Positions 9,324-20,055 of a stretch of 28,973 nt of DNA are shown here, in pieces (within the stretch, counting starts at the first letter, position 1; each line of letters begins with the position of its first letter). The notes below the pieces were generated by a model. The model worked only from the letters and a program-made list of their open reading frames with translations. It was not told the origin of the DNA and did not search any database. Origin of the DNA: Betaproteobacteria bacterium (GTDB lineage: Bacteria > Pseudomonadota > Gammaproteobacteria > Burkholderiales > SG8-41); assembly GCA_021732805.1 (NCBI GenBank), contig JAKFUJ010000141.1, forward strand, positions 1-28,973, written 5' to 3'. The translations under genes were made by a program, and so were the position numbers.

Positions 9324-10688
9324 CTATGTCCCCGCCGTTGAAGTTTCGATGGCGCGCACCACACGTTCCATCTGCATGAATCGCGACCCTTTCACCAGCA
9401 ACGCGGTCTGCGCGCCGAGGGCATTTTCGATATCAGCAAGCAGATCCTCGATACGCTGGTAATGGCGGGCGCCCTCGCCAAAGGCGCGCACCGAGACCGC
9501 GGCGAGCTCACCCAGCGCGTACATCCGGTCGATACCGGCAGCACGCGCGTAAGTGCCGACCTCCTCGTGAAACGCCGCACCCTGTGCGCCGACTTCGCCC
9601 ATATCACCGAGCACCAGCAACTTGCGCCCGGGCGCCCGCGCCAGCACGTCGATCGCCGCGCGCACCGAATCGGGGTTGGCGTTGTACGTGTCATCGATCA
9701 GCAGCGCCCCATGGCGTGCGGTTTTGACCTGCAGCCGGCCCTTTACGGCAACAAAACGGGCCAGCGCACGCACACAGGAGTCCATTGATGCGCCTGCCAC
9801 CGTGGCAGCGGCAATCGCAGCCAGTGCATTGCGCACGTTGTGTTCGCCGGCCAGCGGCAGATCAAATTCGGCCGGTTCTTCGGGCGTAACCACATCAAGG
9901 TGCGCCAATCCTGTCTGCATCCTGCATTGCGCTCGCACGCTGGCCGCATCCCGCAGTCCGAAATCGCGGACATGGCGCGCTCCGGCAGCGGCGCGCCAGA
10001 CACCGGCATGGGCATCATCGGCATTGACCACCGCCACACCGTCCTGCGGCAGCGCACTGATCAGGCTCGCATGTTCGGCGGCCACATCCGCAACCGTATG
10101 CATGAACTCCTGATGTTCGCGCTGCGCGTTATTGATCACCGCAATCGTCGGCGCGACGATAGCGGCCAGCTGCGCAGTTTCACCGGGATGGTTCATGCCG
10201 ATCTCGACCACGGCGACACGGTGCGCCGCGCGCAGTGCAAGCAAAGTCAGTGGCACACCGATATGGTTGTTGAGATTGCCGCGAGTGGCCAGTACTGCTG
10301 CATCGCCGAAATGCGCGCGCAAACAGGCGGCGATCATTTCCTTGACTGTGGTTTTACCGTTGGAACCGACGACCGCAACCAGCGGAATCTGAAACTGCCG
10401 GCGCCAATGGGCGGCCAGTGTCGCCAGCGACGCCGTGGTGTCCGTCACCACGGCCAGCGGCAATCCCGCTGCGTCGGGTACATGTGTGTGATCCACCAGC
10501 GCGGCGACAGCGCCCGCGGCGGCGGCACGGCCGATAAACTCATGCCCGTCGTAACGCTCGCCCCGCAAGGCAATGAACAAATCGCCCTTCTTTGCGGTGC
10601 GGCTGTCCGTGCATACATCCTCAAACCGCGCATCGGCGCCGCGAAGTTCGCCGCCGAGCACCGCTGCTGTCTGGGCCAGGCTCATCAC
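9324..10688 (-). CDS. murF: UDP-MurNAc-tripeptide--D-Ala-D-Ala ligase
   Basis: GSNGKTTVKEM, NLNNHIGVPLT, EIGMNHPGE, DDTYNANPDS and KGSRFM motifs. Confidence 0.97.
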   Translation of the reverse strand: MMSLAQTAAVLGGELRGADARFEDVCTDSRTAKKGDLFIALRGERYDGHEFIGRAAAAGAVAALVDHTHVPDAAGLPLAVVTDTTASLATLAAHWRRQFQIPLVAVVGSNGKTTVKEMIAACLRAHFGDAAVLATRGNLNNHIGVPLTLLALRAAHRVAVVEIGMNHPGETAQLAAIVAPTIAVINNAQREHQEFMHTVADVAAEHASLISALPQDGVAVVNADDAHAGVWRAAAGARHVRDFGLRDAASVRAQCRMQTGLAHLDVVTPEEPAEFDLPLAGEHNVRNALAAIAAATVAGASMDSCVRALARFVAVKGRLQVKTARHGALLIDDTYNANPDSVRAAIDVLARAPGRKLLVLGDMGEVGAQGAAFHEEVGTYARAAGIDRMYALGELAAVSVRAFGEGARHYQRIEDLLADIENALGAQTALLVKGSRFMQMERVVRAIETSTAGT

Positions 10689-12166
10689 CTTTTGCTCCCG
10701 GAGAGCGCAGCGCGCACGACCGCGGCGTCGCTGTATCGCCGCTTCACGCCGCCGATTTCCTGGTAACGCTCATGTCCCTTGCCGGCAATCAGCACAATGT
10801 CGCCGCGGCGCGCCCGCGCCAGCGTCTGCATAATGGCCTGTCGCCGGTCGACGATCTGCTGGTGTTTCCCGGCAACGCCTTCGGCAATGTCGGCGATGAT
10901 GGCCACCGGATCTTCATGACGGGGGTTGTCGCTGGTAATGATCACTTCATCAGCCAGGCGCGAGACCACGGCGCCCATCAACGGCCGCTTGCCGCGATCT
11001 CGGTCACCGCCGCCGCCGAATACGCAAAAAAGCCTTGAACCTTGTCCTGCCGCCGCACGCAGGCTGCATAGCACTTTTTCCAGCGCATCCGGCGTATGCG
11101 CGTAATCGACGATGACCAGCGGCGCGCGACCTCCACCATAACGCTCCATCCGCCCCGGCGCCGGCTGAACTTTTTCCAGCGCTGCAACCGACAGATCCAG
11201 ACCGACATCGCTGGCCAGCAGCGTCGCCAGCGAGCCAAGCAGGTTCGCTGCATTAAAACCGCCGATCAACGGACTGTGTAACGTTGCCCGACCCCAGGGT
11301 GAAGCAATGTCAAATGAAACGCCATCCAGACCGACGCGCAGGTTTTTGCCTTCAACACAGGGGGTTTTCGCGCGCTTCCCCCGCAACTGGAAACCATAAC
11401 CGAGCACTTTCGCGCGTTTGTGCTTCCAGCACTGGGTCAGTTCGCGCCCGAATGCATCATCGAGGTTAAGTACAGCATGGCTCAATGTCGGGCAGCGAAA
11501 GAGCTTGGTTTTTGCAGACTGATAACGCCGCATCGTGCCGTGATAATCGAGATGATCACGGGTCAGATTGGTCAGCATTGCGACATCAAATTCAACGCCG
11601 GCCAACCGGTCCTGATCAAGGCCGATCGACGAAACTTCCATACTCACTGCACGTGCGCCGGCATCTGCCAGCGTGCGCATGCGTGCATGCAGCGTTATCG
11701 CATCCGGCGTGGTGTTGATGGTGTGGGTCTGCGCACCCAGGCGGCCAGGAAATCCGCTGCCCAGCGTGCCAATCACCGCACATTTGCGTCTGGCACAGGT
11801 CAGCGACTGCGCAATCCACTGGCTGCACGACGTTTTGCCATTGGTGCCGGTGATACCGACTGTCCACAGTTTCACGCTCGGTTTGCCGTACACCTCGCTG
11901 GCAATGACGCCGGCCTGTCGGCGCAACTGCGGTACGCCTAGATTCGGCACCCGCCAGCGCGGATTCCATGCATATCCGCCGCTGTCCCACAGTACTGATG
12001 CCGCACCGTTGGCGATTGCCTGTGCAATGTAATCACGGCCGTCGCGTGTTTCGCCGGGATAGGCGACAAAGGTGTCGCCCTTTCTGACTGCGCGACTGTC
12101 TGCCGTCAAACGATGCACACCAAGCCGGCCTACTGCCTGCAGGTCGAGACGAGCCGCGGGCATCAC
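10685..12166 (-). CDS. murE: UDP-MurNAc-dipeptide--meso-DAP ligase
   Basis: GITGTNGKTS, TTPD, NLTRDHLDYH, DYAHTPDAL, DNPR (meso-DAP specificity) and GKGHE motifs. Confidence 0.97.
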   Translation of the reverse strand: MMPAARLDLQAVGRLGVHRLTADSRAVRKGDTFVAYPGETRDGRDYIAQAIANGAASVLWDSGGYAWNPRWRVPNLGVPQLRRQAGVIASEVYGKPSVKLWTVGITGTNGKTSCSQWIAQSLTCARRKCAVIGTLGSGFPGRLGAQTHTINTTPDAITLHARMRTLADAGARAVSMEVSSIGLDQDRLAGVEFDVAMLTNLTRDHLDYHGTMRRYQSAKTKLFRCPTLSHAVLNLDDAFGRELTQCWKHKRAKVLGYGFQLRGKRAKTPCVEGKNLRVGLDGVSFDIASPWGRATLHSPLIGGFNAANLLGSLATLLASDVGLDLSVAALEKVQPAPGRMERYGGGRAPLVIVDYAHTPDALEKVLCSLRAAAGQGSRLFCVFGGGGDRDRGKRPLMGAVVSRLADEVIITSDNPRHEDPVAIIADIAEGVAGKHQQIVDRRQAIMQTLARARRGDIVLIAGKGHERYQEIGGVKRRYSDAAVVRAALSGSKR

Positions 12167-13896
12167 ACTTCCTCCCGCACCAAGGGCGCGTCTTCCGGCA
12201 TCAGCACTGTTGTTTTCCCGGGCGCATCCGGCGGCACTGCGAGCAGGCGCAGCGTGCCGGCAGCAACCTGACTGAACACCGGCGCTGCCACGGCGCCGCC
12301 GTAGTACTTTCCGGCGGAGGGCTCATCGATCATCACGGCGATCACCACACGCGGCCGTGTTGCCGGTGCCATGCCGACGAACGACGCCACATAACGATTG
12401 GTGGCATAGGCTTTGCCCTCAAGCTTGTGCGCAGTTCCCGTCTTGCCGGCAACCGTATAACCCGACACCTGGGCGCCTGGCGCAGTGCCGCCGGGCTGCG
12501 CCGCCAGCTCGAGCATTTTGCGCACCGCGAGCGCGGTTTGTGCTGACACCACGCGTGTGCCCTGCACCGGGCTGTCGCGTTTCAGCAGGGTCACCGGATG
12601 CAGCATGCCATCAGACGCGAATATGGTGTACGACCGCGCAAGCTGCATCAGCGATACTGATATGCCATAACCGTACGACATCGTCGCCTGTTCAATCGGC
12701 TTCCATGTCGCGTAACCGCGCAACCGTCCAGACACTTCACCAGGAAATCCCGAGCGCGGCGGCAAACCAAAGCCGGCGCGATTAAACAGACTCCACAACG
12801 CTTCAGATGGCAACGCCAGCCCCATTTTGGCAGTACCAACATTCGAGGATTTCTGGATCACCTGCGCCACTGTCAGCGCGCCTTGCGGATGCGCGTCATG
12901 AATTGTGCGATTACCGATGGTCAACTGCCCAGGTGCGGTCTGGATGATCGTTCCGGGTTGGTACAACCCTGCCTCCAACGCCGCTGCCGCAGTAAATGGC
13001 TTAAGCGTCGAGCCCGGCTCGAACAGGTCGGTGACTACGCGATTGCGGGTGCGGCGCGGATCCAGATTGCCTCGGTTATTGGGGTTGTATGCCGGCAGGT
13101 TCGCCATCGCCAGAATCTAGCCGCTTTCGGCATCAAGCACGACGATGCCGCCGGCCTTTGCGCGATGCGCAGCAACCGCTGCTTTGAGTTCGCGGAACGC
13201 AAGGTACTGGATACGTGCGTCTATCGACAAACGCAGTTGTTGCCCGTTTTGCGGTATGCGTATGCTTTCGACGTCTTCGACAATGCGCCCCAGACGGTCC
13301 TTGATCACACGGCGGCTGCCGGGTTTACCGGCCAGCTTGTCTTCGAATGCGAGCTCCAGCGCCTCCTGACCTTTGTCATCCACACCGGTGAACCCGATGA
13401 TGTGCGACATCACCTCGCCCGCCGGGTAATAACGGCGATGCTCGCGCTGCAGAAAAACACCGGGAATGCCCAGTTGCACTACGCGCTCCGCCTGTTCCGG
13501 AGGCAGCTGCCGTTTCAAATAGACGAATTCACGCCGGTTGTCGGACAACTTGGCGCGCAACTCATCGTTGCTGATTTCCAGCAGTTTGGCGAGCTTGCGC
13601 AGATCAGCGGGCTCGGCTTCGATATCGGCAGGACTGGCGGCGACTGATTCCACCGGTGTTGAAATCGCCATCGGCTCATTGTTGCGATCAACAATCATGC
13701 CGCGGCTGGCGCCGATTTCGATAACCCGCGAATAGCGGGACTCACCTTTGCGCTGCAGGAAATCGTTGTTCAGCGCCTGCAGCCACAACGCGCGCCCGGC
13801 AAGCGCGATAAACCATGCCGCGAGCAGCAACAGCAGCAGGTTTGCGCGCCACGTTGGCAGGCTCGGCGACGGCTGCCGGGTTGTTGCCGGCTTCAT
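12163..13896 (-). CDS. ftsI: FtsI/PBP3 transpeptidase interrupted by one in-frame TAG (codon 260); N-part 13117-13896, C-part 12163-13107
   Basis: The two ORFs share a frame and read ...DAESG-TAG-ILAMANLP, where the family has GEILAMA. Catalytic motifs SxxK (STLK), SxN (SSN) and KTG are intact; an N-terminal TM anchor is present. Could be a nonsense allele, readthrough or a sequencing error. Confidence 0.9.
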
Positions 13897-14177
13897 GGCC
13901 GTGCCTCCGCGCGTGGCGCCGGCACCACTTCAACGCGATTGGCCGCCGGCAGTCGCATGTTCAGTTCGCGGGTCGCAATGCGCTCAATCCGCCCATGCGT
14001 ACCCCAGGTTCCCTGCTCAAGCTGCAACTGGCCCCATTCGACGTCCAGATGCTTCGTTGCCACCTGCTCCTTCTGCAGTTCGACATACAGTTTGCGCGCC
14101 TTGTGCTGCGAAGCCACCAGTCCCAGCGCGCAGGCGATCAGCGCCCCCATCAGGATAAACACAAGGCGCGCCGTCAT
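13893..14177 (-). CDS. ftsL: Cell division protein FtsL
   Basis: 94 aa, TM segment then coiled coil ([21 protein letters not shown]), between rsmH and ftsI. Confidence 0.93.
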   Translation of the reverse strand: MTARLVFILMGALIACALGLVASQHKARKLYVELQKEQVATKHLDVEWGQLQLEQGTWGTHGRIERIATRELNMRLPAANRVEVVPAPRAEARP

Positions 14178-15112
14178 GCCGCCACCGCCGCAGTACGCTC
14201 AGCAACGCGCATTACCGCGCTGCGCGCGCGCGGATTGGCTGCCAGCTCTGCACTGCCCGCACGCTGCGCACGGCCGATCAGGCGCATCCGCGGCTGCGGC
14301 AGATCACGGGCACGTACCGGCAGACGCGCCGGCAGATGATCAGCCCGTGACTGATCGCGCATGAAGCGCTTGACGATGCGATCTTCCAGCGAATGAAAAG
14401 CGATGATCACCAGCCGGCCCTGCGGTCGCAGCAGGGCTACGCATTGCGGCAGCACTAGCGATAGCTCCTCAAGCTCCTGATTGACGTGAATCCGTAAAGC
14501 CTGAAACGTGCGCGTCGCCGGATCCTGGCGTGGCTCGCGCGCGGGAACGGCTTCTGCCACGATCGCGGCAAGTTGTCGTGTGGTGTCAACAGGTCCCCGC
14601 GTCCGAGCCGCAACAATCGCTGCTGCAATCTGTTTAGCAAACCGTTCTTCGCCATGATCCCTGATGACCTCCCTGATCTTTGTCTCTTCTGCCGTGGCCA
14701 GCCATTGCGCCGCGCTGATGCCGTGCCCCGGATCCATACGCATGTCGAGCGGCGCGTCGTGGCGAAAACTGAAACCGCGACGCGCATCGTCCAGCTGCGG
14801 CGACGACACGCCGATATCCAGCAGCACGCCGTCGACCGCCGTCACACCCTTCTCCCGCAGTACCGCAACCGTCTGACTGAACGCGCTGTGCAGGATGGTG
14901 AAGCGCGGATCGCTCACCGCGCGACCTGCCTGCACCGCTTCGGGATCGCGATCCAGCGCCACCAATCGCCCTCCTTCACCCAGCTGTTCCAGAATCAGGC
15001 GGCTGTGCCCGCCCCTGCCAAACGTGCAATCGACATAAGTGCCGTCGGACCGGATGTTCAATGCTGCCAAGGCTTCCTGCGCGAGCACCGCGGCATGCGC
15101 GCCGCTGGTCAC
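14174..15112 (-). CDS. rsmH: 16S rRNA m4C1402 methyltransferase RsmH (MraW)
   Basis: [46 protein letters not shown] and NPRARSA motifs. Confidence 0.97.
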   Translation of the reverse strand: MTSGAHAAVLAQEALAALNIRSDGTYVDCTFGRGGHSRLILEQLGEGGRLVALDRDPEAVQAGRAVSDPRFTILHSAFSQTVAVLREKGVTAVDGVLLDIGVSSPQLDDARRGFSFRHDAPLDMRMDPGHGISAAQWLATAEETKIREVIRDHGEERFAKQIAAAIVAARTRGPVDTTRQLAAIVAEAVPAREPRQDPATRTFQALRIHVNQELEELSLVLPQCVALLRPQGRLVIIAFHSLEDRIVKRFMRDQSRADHLPARLPVRARDLPQPRMRLIGRAQRAGSAELAANPRARSAVMRVAERTAAVAA

Positions 15113-15555
15113 AAAGAGAAGCCCTCCAGCTCCGCCGGCAAACCGCCGGCGCCGAAACTGCCCGCGCTGTCGATCAATTGCGTCCAGCGTTCGTCATTCC
15201 ACAATTCGAATTTGCGACCTTGCCCGACCAGCACCACGCTTTTTTCCAGCTGCGCGAAACGCCGCAGCTCGGGTGAAATCAGCACGCGTCCGGCGCTGTC
15301 GATGTCGACATCAACGGCAAAGCCGATCAGGCGCCGCTGCAGTTCACGCACGCGCGGATCGAGATTGGACAGGCCTTCGAGTTTTTGCTGGATGAGTTCC
15401 CAGTCGGGCAGCGGATAAACCAGTAGGCAATGATCCGCATCAGCGGTGATCACCAGGTGACCCGCGCAACGTTCGAGCAGCGCATCGCGATGGCGCGCCG
15501 GAACGGCGAGCCTGCCTTTGCTGTCGAGATTGAGTTGTGCGACCCCGCGAAACAC
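15109..15555 (-). CDS. mraZ: Transcriptional regulator MraZ
   Basis: [16 protein letters not shown] and DSAGRVLI (two DxxGR repeats); GTG start at 15555; first gene of the dcw operon. Confidence 0.95.
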   Translation of the reverse strand: MFRGVAQLNLDSKGRLAVPARHRDALLERCAGHLVITADADHCLLVYPLPDWELIQQKLEGLSNLDPRVRELQRRLIGFAVDVDIDSAGRVLISPELRRFAQLEKSVVLVGQGRKFELWNDERWTQLIDSAGSFGAGGLPAELEGFSL

Positions 15556-15610
15556 GCTTCCCCCTTGACCGCGGAAGCCCTGCACAGCCGGAGGTCCGGC
15601 AGGCATTTCT

Positions 15611-15635
15611 CCCACTTTCTACCACTTCATCCCAC
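15611..15635 (-). promoter_or_regulatory. MraZ operator: three direct repeats GTGGG/GTGGT/GTGGG at 10-bp period
   Basis: Plus strand has cccac at 15611, accac at 15621 and cccac at 15631, matching the known TGGGN-type MraZ boxes upstream of mraZ. Confidence 0.85.
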
Positions 15636-15662
15636 TATAAATAACTGGGCGAAGCCGGTCAA
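15634..15662 (-). promoter_or_regulatory. sigma70 promoter of the dcw operon (Pmra)
   Basis: Minus strand reads TTGACC-N17-TATAGT; the -10 overlaps the first MraZ box. Confidence 0.8.
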
Positions 15663-15705
15663 GGGTCGAATTACCAAATTCCTTTTTAATGACAATGACT
15701 TACAG

Positions 15706-15718
15706 CAACTTGTTGATT
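15706..15718 (-). promoter_or_regulatory. Putative IHF site upstream of Pmra
   Basis: Minus strand AATCAACAAGTTG is an exact match to WATCAANNNNTTR, inside an AT-rich intergenic region. Confidence 0.45.
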
Positions 15719-15883
15719 CCTGGTTTTAGTGTTTTTTCTTGTAGTAATAAATCAATAAAAACAACAGGATATTGCGCGTACTGAAAGTAGCGCATTAAGT
15801 AAATATGCTTAAAAATCAGGCAATTACAGCGAATTGACGTCATCAGCGCCCGACCCTACTGCTGAATCGCCTTGAGGAAGGGT

Positions 15884-16245
15884 GAAGCTGGCCGGTAAGC
15901 CGGGTTCTGTCGTGGACAGCCATTCCTCTGGGCCGCACATTACTGCACGGCTCAAGCCACCTACCCGCAAGCTCGGCGGGACGCGTCAACGCTTGCCTAT
16001 TCGGTGTTGCTCCGGGTGGAGGTTACCGCGTTTCACCCCGCAGGTCGGGCCGGGTAGCGCGCACGTTGCCGCACTCACCACCCACCGCCCCGCGGACTCG
16101 TCTCTGTGGCCCTGTTCCTCGCCTCACGGCGGACGGGCGTTACCCGTCACCCTACCCTGTGGAGCCCGGACTTTCCTCTATGCATGGCACGGACAGGTTG
16201 CCCCATCCGGTTTGTTCCACACACAGCGACTGCCTGGCCAGCTTC
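15884..16245 (-). ncRNA. rnpB: RNase P RNA (bacterial type A)
   Basis: P1 ends GAAGCTGGCC..GGCCAGCTTC; conserved GAGGAAAGTCCGGGCTCCA and ACAGAACCCGGCTTA; typical location upstream of mraZ. Confidence 0.97.
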
Positions 16246-16261
16246 GCCGCGGATTTTATCA
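16246..16261 (-). promoter_or_regulatory. Extended -10 promoter of rnpB with GC-rich discriminator
   Basis: Minus strand TGaTAAAAT followed by CCGCGGC, then the mature 5' end. Confidence 0.6.
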
Positions 16262-16323
16262 TTGGGACACGCACCGCCCCCGCTTTTCTTCCGGTGCGCC
16301 CCGTCCGCTGCATCTCGCCCACC

Positions 16324-16944
16324 TCAGCACGCCGGCCGCGCACGCACCGCCTCCAGCAAATGGTGAAGATGATGATCATGCACCCCCAGCGCATCGAGAT
16401 GTTGCAGCGTGTTCACCAGATAATCCACGTTGGGCCCACGCTCACCGCAGCAGCCCGCGATGATTGCGGCCGCAACATCCACCTCCAGCGCCCCGGCATA
16501 GCTGGCATGACGGCGATTGGCGAGAAAAGTCAACGCTGTCCGGCGCTGCGCATCGATGATCACCGGCAACAGCCGTGGCACATACACCCGCCGTCGCATT
16601 TCCTGCCGCCATAGCAACTCCAGTACGGCGGGAACATCGGTTGCGGCAACACGGTAGGCCGTGCCCCTGCAGGCGCCACCGCGATCCAGCCCGAGCACCA
16701 GTCCCGGCGCGGATACCGTGCCACGGTAGCGGCTGGAATAAATGCAAAAAGAACGGTGGTAACCGCGCAGCAACGCCGATGCCGCCGTTTTCGGCTGAAA
16801 ACCCGGATTCCACATCAGCGAACCGTAGGTGAACAGCCACAGGTCGCCTCGCGGCAGTTCAAGCTGACTGTAATGAAACGGATCATCCGGCGGCAGCGGC
16901 TCGGCTGCGCTGTAATCAGGGCGCTGCGGCGGGGACGCGCTCAA
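16324..16944 (-). CDS. chaC: ChaC-family gamma-glutamylcyclotransferase
   Basis: [24 protein letters not shown]...[12 protein letters not shown] and GPNVDYL motifs. Likely TTG start overlapping the pyrC TGA; start uncertain. Confidence 0.85.
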   Translation of the reverse strand: MSASPPQRPDYSAAEPLPPDDPFHYSQLELPRGDLWLFTYGSLMWNPGFQPKTAASALLRGYHRSFCIYSSRYRGTVSAPGLVLGLDRGGACRGTAYRVAATDVPAVLELLWRQEMRRRVYVPRLLPVIIDAQRRTALTFLANRRHASYAGALEVDVAAAIIAGCCGERGPNVDYLVNTLQHLDALGVHDHHLHHLLEAVRARPAC

Positions 16945-17978
16945 GAGCCGGCCATCCTCCACTGGATCGTCGTGCCGGCACGCATCGGCACCAGGGTGTC
17001 GGCGCCGAAGGAAACGCTGTCCGGCACCGCCCACGATTCGCGCACCAGCGTGATTTTTTCCGTGTTGCGCGGCAGTCCATAAAAATCCGCGCCGTAATGA
17101 CTGGCGAATCCCTCCAACCGGTTCAGCGCGCCCGCTGCTGCGTAAACCTCGGCGTACAACTCGATGCCGGCGTGCGCGGTGTACATGCCGGCGCAGCCGC
17201 AGTCATTTTCCTTGGTATGCCGCGCGTGCGGCGCGCTGTCAGTGCCGAGAAAAAATTTCGGATTGCCGCTGACAGCCGCGGCCACCAGTGCCGCACGGTG
17301 CGTTTCACGTTTAAGGATCGGCAGGCAGTAGTTATGCGGACGCACACCACCGGTAAACAGCGCATTGCGATTGAGCAGCAGATGCTGCGGCGTCAGCGTC
17401 GCAGCAATCCGTGCCGGCGCTGCCGTCACAAACGCTGCGGCTTCACTCGTGGTGATGTGCTCCATCACCACCCTCAGCCCCTGAAAACGTTCAACCAGCG
17501 GCGCCAGTGTGCGCTCAATGAACATGCGTTCGCGGTCAAACACATCGACATCCGCATCCGTCACTTCGCCATGCACCAGCAGCGGCATCCCGGCCTTTTC
17601 CATCGCTTCCAGCACCGGAAAACATTTTTCCATTGCAGTCACGCCGGAATCGGAATTGGTGGTGGCGCCCGCCGGATAATATTTCACCGCATGCACCGCG
17701 CCGCTGTTTTTCGCTTTGTCGATTTCTTCGGGCCGCGTGTTGTCGGTCAGATAAAGCGTCATCAACGGCTCGAAGCGGCTGCCCGCGGGCAGCGCCGCGC
17801 GGATGCGGTCGCGATACGCCAGGGCGAGCTCGGTGGTGGTCACCGGCGGCTTCAGGTTGGGCATGACAATGGCGCGCGCAAAACGCGCCGCAGTATGCGG
17901 CAGCACGTCGCGCATCGCCGCACCATCGCGCAGATGCAGATGCCAGTCGTCGGGACGGGTGATGGTCAGGGTGTTCAT
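16941..17978 (-). CDS. pyrC: Dihydroorotase (type II)
   Basis: [38 protein letters not shown] and FLGTDSAPH motifs; ATG at 17978. Confidence 0.97.
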   Translation of the reverse strand: MNTLTITRPDDWHLHLRDGAAMRDVLPHTAARFARAIVMPNLKPPVTTTELALAYRDRIRAALPAGSRFEPLMTLYLTDNTRPEEIDKAKNSGAVHAVKYYPAGATTNSDSGVTAMEKCFPVLEAMEKAGMPLLVHGEVTDADVDVFDRERMFIERTLAPLVERFQGLRVVMEHITTSEAAAFVTAAPARIAATLTPQHLLLNRNALFTGGVRPHNYCLPILKRETHRAALVAAAVSGNPKFFLGTDSAPHARHTKENDCGCAGMYTAHAGIELYAEVYAAAGALNRLEGFASHYGADFYGLPRNTEKITLVRESWAVPDSVSFGADTLVPMRAGTTIQWRMAGS

Positions 17979-18042
17979 GACGTCATGTATGTTAAACGGC
18001 GCATCACCAACAGTAAATTGCCGCAATCCGGATATTTCAAAA

Positions 18043-18897
18043 TCAAACCCCACCCTTCAGTTCCAGCGCAAGCTTGTACAGCGCATTGCGGTTGCCCCCG
18101 GTAAGCCTGACGCCCAGCGCCACCGCCTGCTTCAAAGGCAATTCATCGAGCAGGATTTTCAGCACGGCCTCAACGTCAACCGCCTCCGGCGCCGATGCCG
18201 CATCCGCACCCTCGACCACCAGCACAAATTCGCCGCGCCGGTGATTGTCATCAGCCTGCAGCCATGCAGCGGCTTCATCCAGCCGGCAATGATGCAGGGT
18301 TTCGTGAATCTTGGTCAGTTCGCGGCCGATGACCATGCGCCGCGCGCCGCCCAAAGCCGTGCATAGATCAACCACACAATCGGCCACGCGATGCGGCGCC
18401 TCGTAAAACACCAGCAAAGCCGTCTGATCCGCAAGCTCCGCCAGCACACGGCGGCGCTCAGAGGCGCGCGATGGCAGAAAACCGCAGAACAGAAAACGGC
18501 TGGCCTCGAACCCGCTCGCCGACAACACTGCCGCCGCCGAATTCGGCCCGGGAATCGGCACCACCGGATACCCTGCTTGCCGAACCGCGCCAACCAACTG
18601 CGCACCTGGATCGGCAATGGCCGGCGTGCCGGCATCGCTGACCAGCGCCACCGTTTTGCCTTCGGCCAGCAGCGCTGTAACCCGTTCCGAAGCACGCCGT
18701 TCGTTATGTTCATGCACCGCGAGCAGGCGGCCGGCGATGCCATGGCGCTCCAGCAGCCGCATCGTCACCCGGGTATCCTCGGCGGCAATGACATCGGCCG
18801 ACTTCAGCACTTCCAGTGCGCGCAGTGTAATGTCGCCGAGATTTCCGATAGGCGTGGCGACTACATATAATGTCGCCCTGTTCACCACTTCCACCAT
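18043..18897 (-). CDS. rsmI: 16S rRNA Cm1402 methyltransferase RsmI
   Basis: [36 protein letters not shown] and RELTKIHE motifs; start 18897 or 18927. Confidence 0.96.
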   Translation of the reverse strand: MVEVVNRATLYVVATPIGNLGDITLRALEVLKSADVIAAEDTRVTMRLLERHGIAGRLLAVHEHNERRASERVTALLAEGKTVALVSDAGTPAIADPGAQLVGAVRQAGYPVVPIPGPNSAAAVLSASGFEASRFLFCGFLPSRASERRRVLAELADQTALLVFYEAPHRVADCVVDLCTALGGARRMVIGRELTKIHETLHHCRLDEAAAWLQADDNHRRGEFVLVVEGADAASAPEAVDVEAVLKILLDELPLKQAVALGVRLTGGNRNALYKLALELKGGV

Positions 18898-18936
18898 GAT
18901 TCCGTCACCTGTGTTTAAACCCTGCATCGCCGCCGG

Positions 18937-20055
18937 ATGCGCCGGATGATTTCCCGCCGATTGCGGCGCATCGCCGTATCCGCATGCGCCGGCCTCGCCG
19001 CTTGCCTACTATACGGAGCGTCCGTTGCATTGGCCAGCGAAGCCGCGGCGCCAGCAGCTCCGGTTGCCGCAATCACGCAATCACCGCACATTGCGCTGCT
19101 GCTGCCGGTGAATTCAAAAATATTCGGTCGTCACGCGTCTGCGTTGCGCAACGGCTTTCTTGCAGCATCCGCGGCAGCAAGCCGCACCTTGCTGCCGGTA
19201 CGCGAATATGCAGTGACCGAAAGCGTCGCCAACGTGCTGGAGGGGTATCGCACGGCCGTCGCTGCGGGAGCGCAGGTCATCGTCGGCCCGCTGACCCGTG
19301 ATGCCGTCACCGCGCTGGCTTTCGGCGAACCAGTGCCCGTACCCACGCTGGCGCTCAACGTGCCCGAGAACACCGGGCGCGTTCCCGGCAATCTGTACAT
19401 GCTGAGCCTGCAGATCGAAGCGGAAGCGCGGCAAGTCGCGCAACTGGCCTGGAATGACGGTCGTCGCTACGCGGTCACCATCAATGGCGGCAGCCCTGTG
19501 CAGCGCCGCATGCAATCCGCCTTTTCTGAAACGTTTTCGCGACTCGGTGGCCAGGTTGCTGATGCCGCCTATGCGCCTGCGCCGGATCAGCTGAAATCCA
19601 TCGCGCGCGGCAGCGGATCCGCCGACATGTACTTTCTGGCGCTGGGCTACGCAGAAGCGCGAAATGTGCGCACGTATCTCGGCGCCAAGCCGGTCTATGC
19701 CACATCCACGGTACACGCGGGCGACCAGGGACCGCTGGCCGGGTTCGACCTCGCCGGCGTGAACTTCGTCGACATGCCCTGGCTGCTCGAGCCCAATCAT
19801 GCCGCAGTCATGGTTTACCCGCGCCCCAAAACCCGCGGCACCATGGACCTTGAGCGACTGTATGCGCTGGGCATCGATGCCTGGCGTGTCGCCCAGTTGC
19901 TGCTTTCCGGCGCCCGCGACATCCATCTTGATGGTGTCACCGGGCGACTGTCGCTGGGCCCCGACGGACTGATCGAACGGGATCTGGTCACCGCACGGTA
20001 TATCGACGGCCGGCCTCAGGCGGCGGACCAGGCTCAGCGCGAACCGGCACGGTGA
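18937..20055 (+). CDS. LpoA/LppC-like penicillin-binding protein activator (periplasmic binding fold)
   Basis: Signal peptide, IALLLP, IVGPLTRDAV, DMPWLL and RLYALGIDAW..GVTG.L; synteny rsmI/lpoA/yraN. Confidence 0.85.
   Translation: MRRMISRRLRRIAVSACAGLAACLLYGASVALASEAAAPAAPVAAITQSPHIALLLPVNSKIFGRHASALRNGFLAASAAASRTLLPVREYAVTESVANVLEGYRTAVAAGAQVIVGPLTRDAVTALAFGEPVPVPTLALNVPENTGRVPGNLYMLSLQIEAEARQVAQLAWNDGRRYAVTINGGSPVQRRMQSAFSETFSRLGGQVADAAYAPAPDQLKSIARGSGSADMYFLALGYAEARNVRTYLGAKPVYATSTVHAGDQGPLAGFDLAGVNFVDMPWLLEPNHAAVMVYPRPKTRGTMDLERLYALGIDAWRVAQLLLSGARDIHLDGVTGRLSLGPDGLIERDLVTARYIDGRPQAADQAQREPAR

Noticed and set aside
187-13119. Full reassignment of TAG to an amino acid
   Set aside because: It would fuse periplasmic FtsQ to cytoplasmic FtsA and MurF to MraY. 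TAG still ends well-defined genes, so only leaky readthrough is kept as a weak hypothesis.
13117-13120. CTAG at the ftsI lesion as an IS5-type excision footprint
   Set aside because: There is no length change relative to the family motif; a single substitution explains it.
15882-16463. 193-aa plus-strand ORF
   Set aside because: It is the antisense reading of rnpB and the end of chaC.
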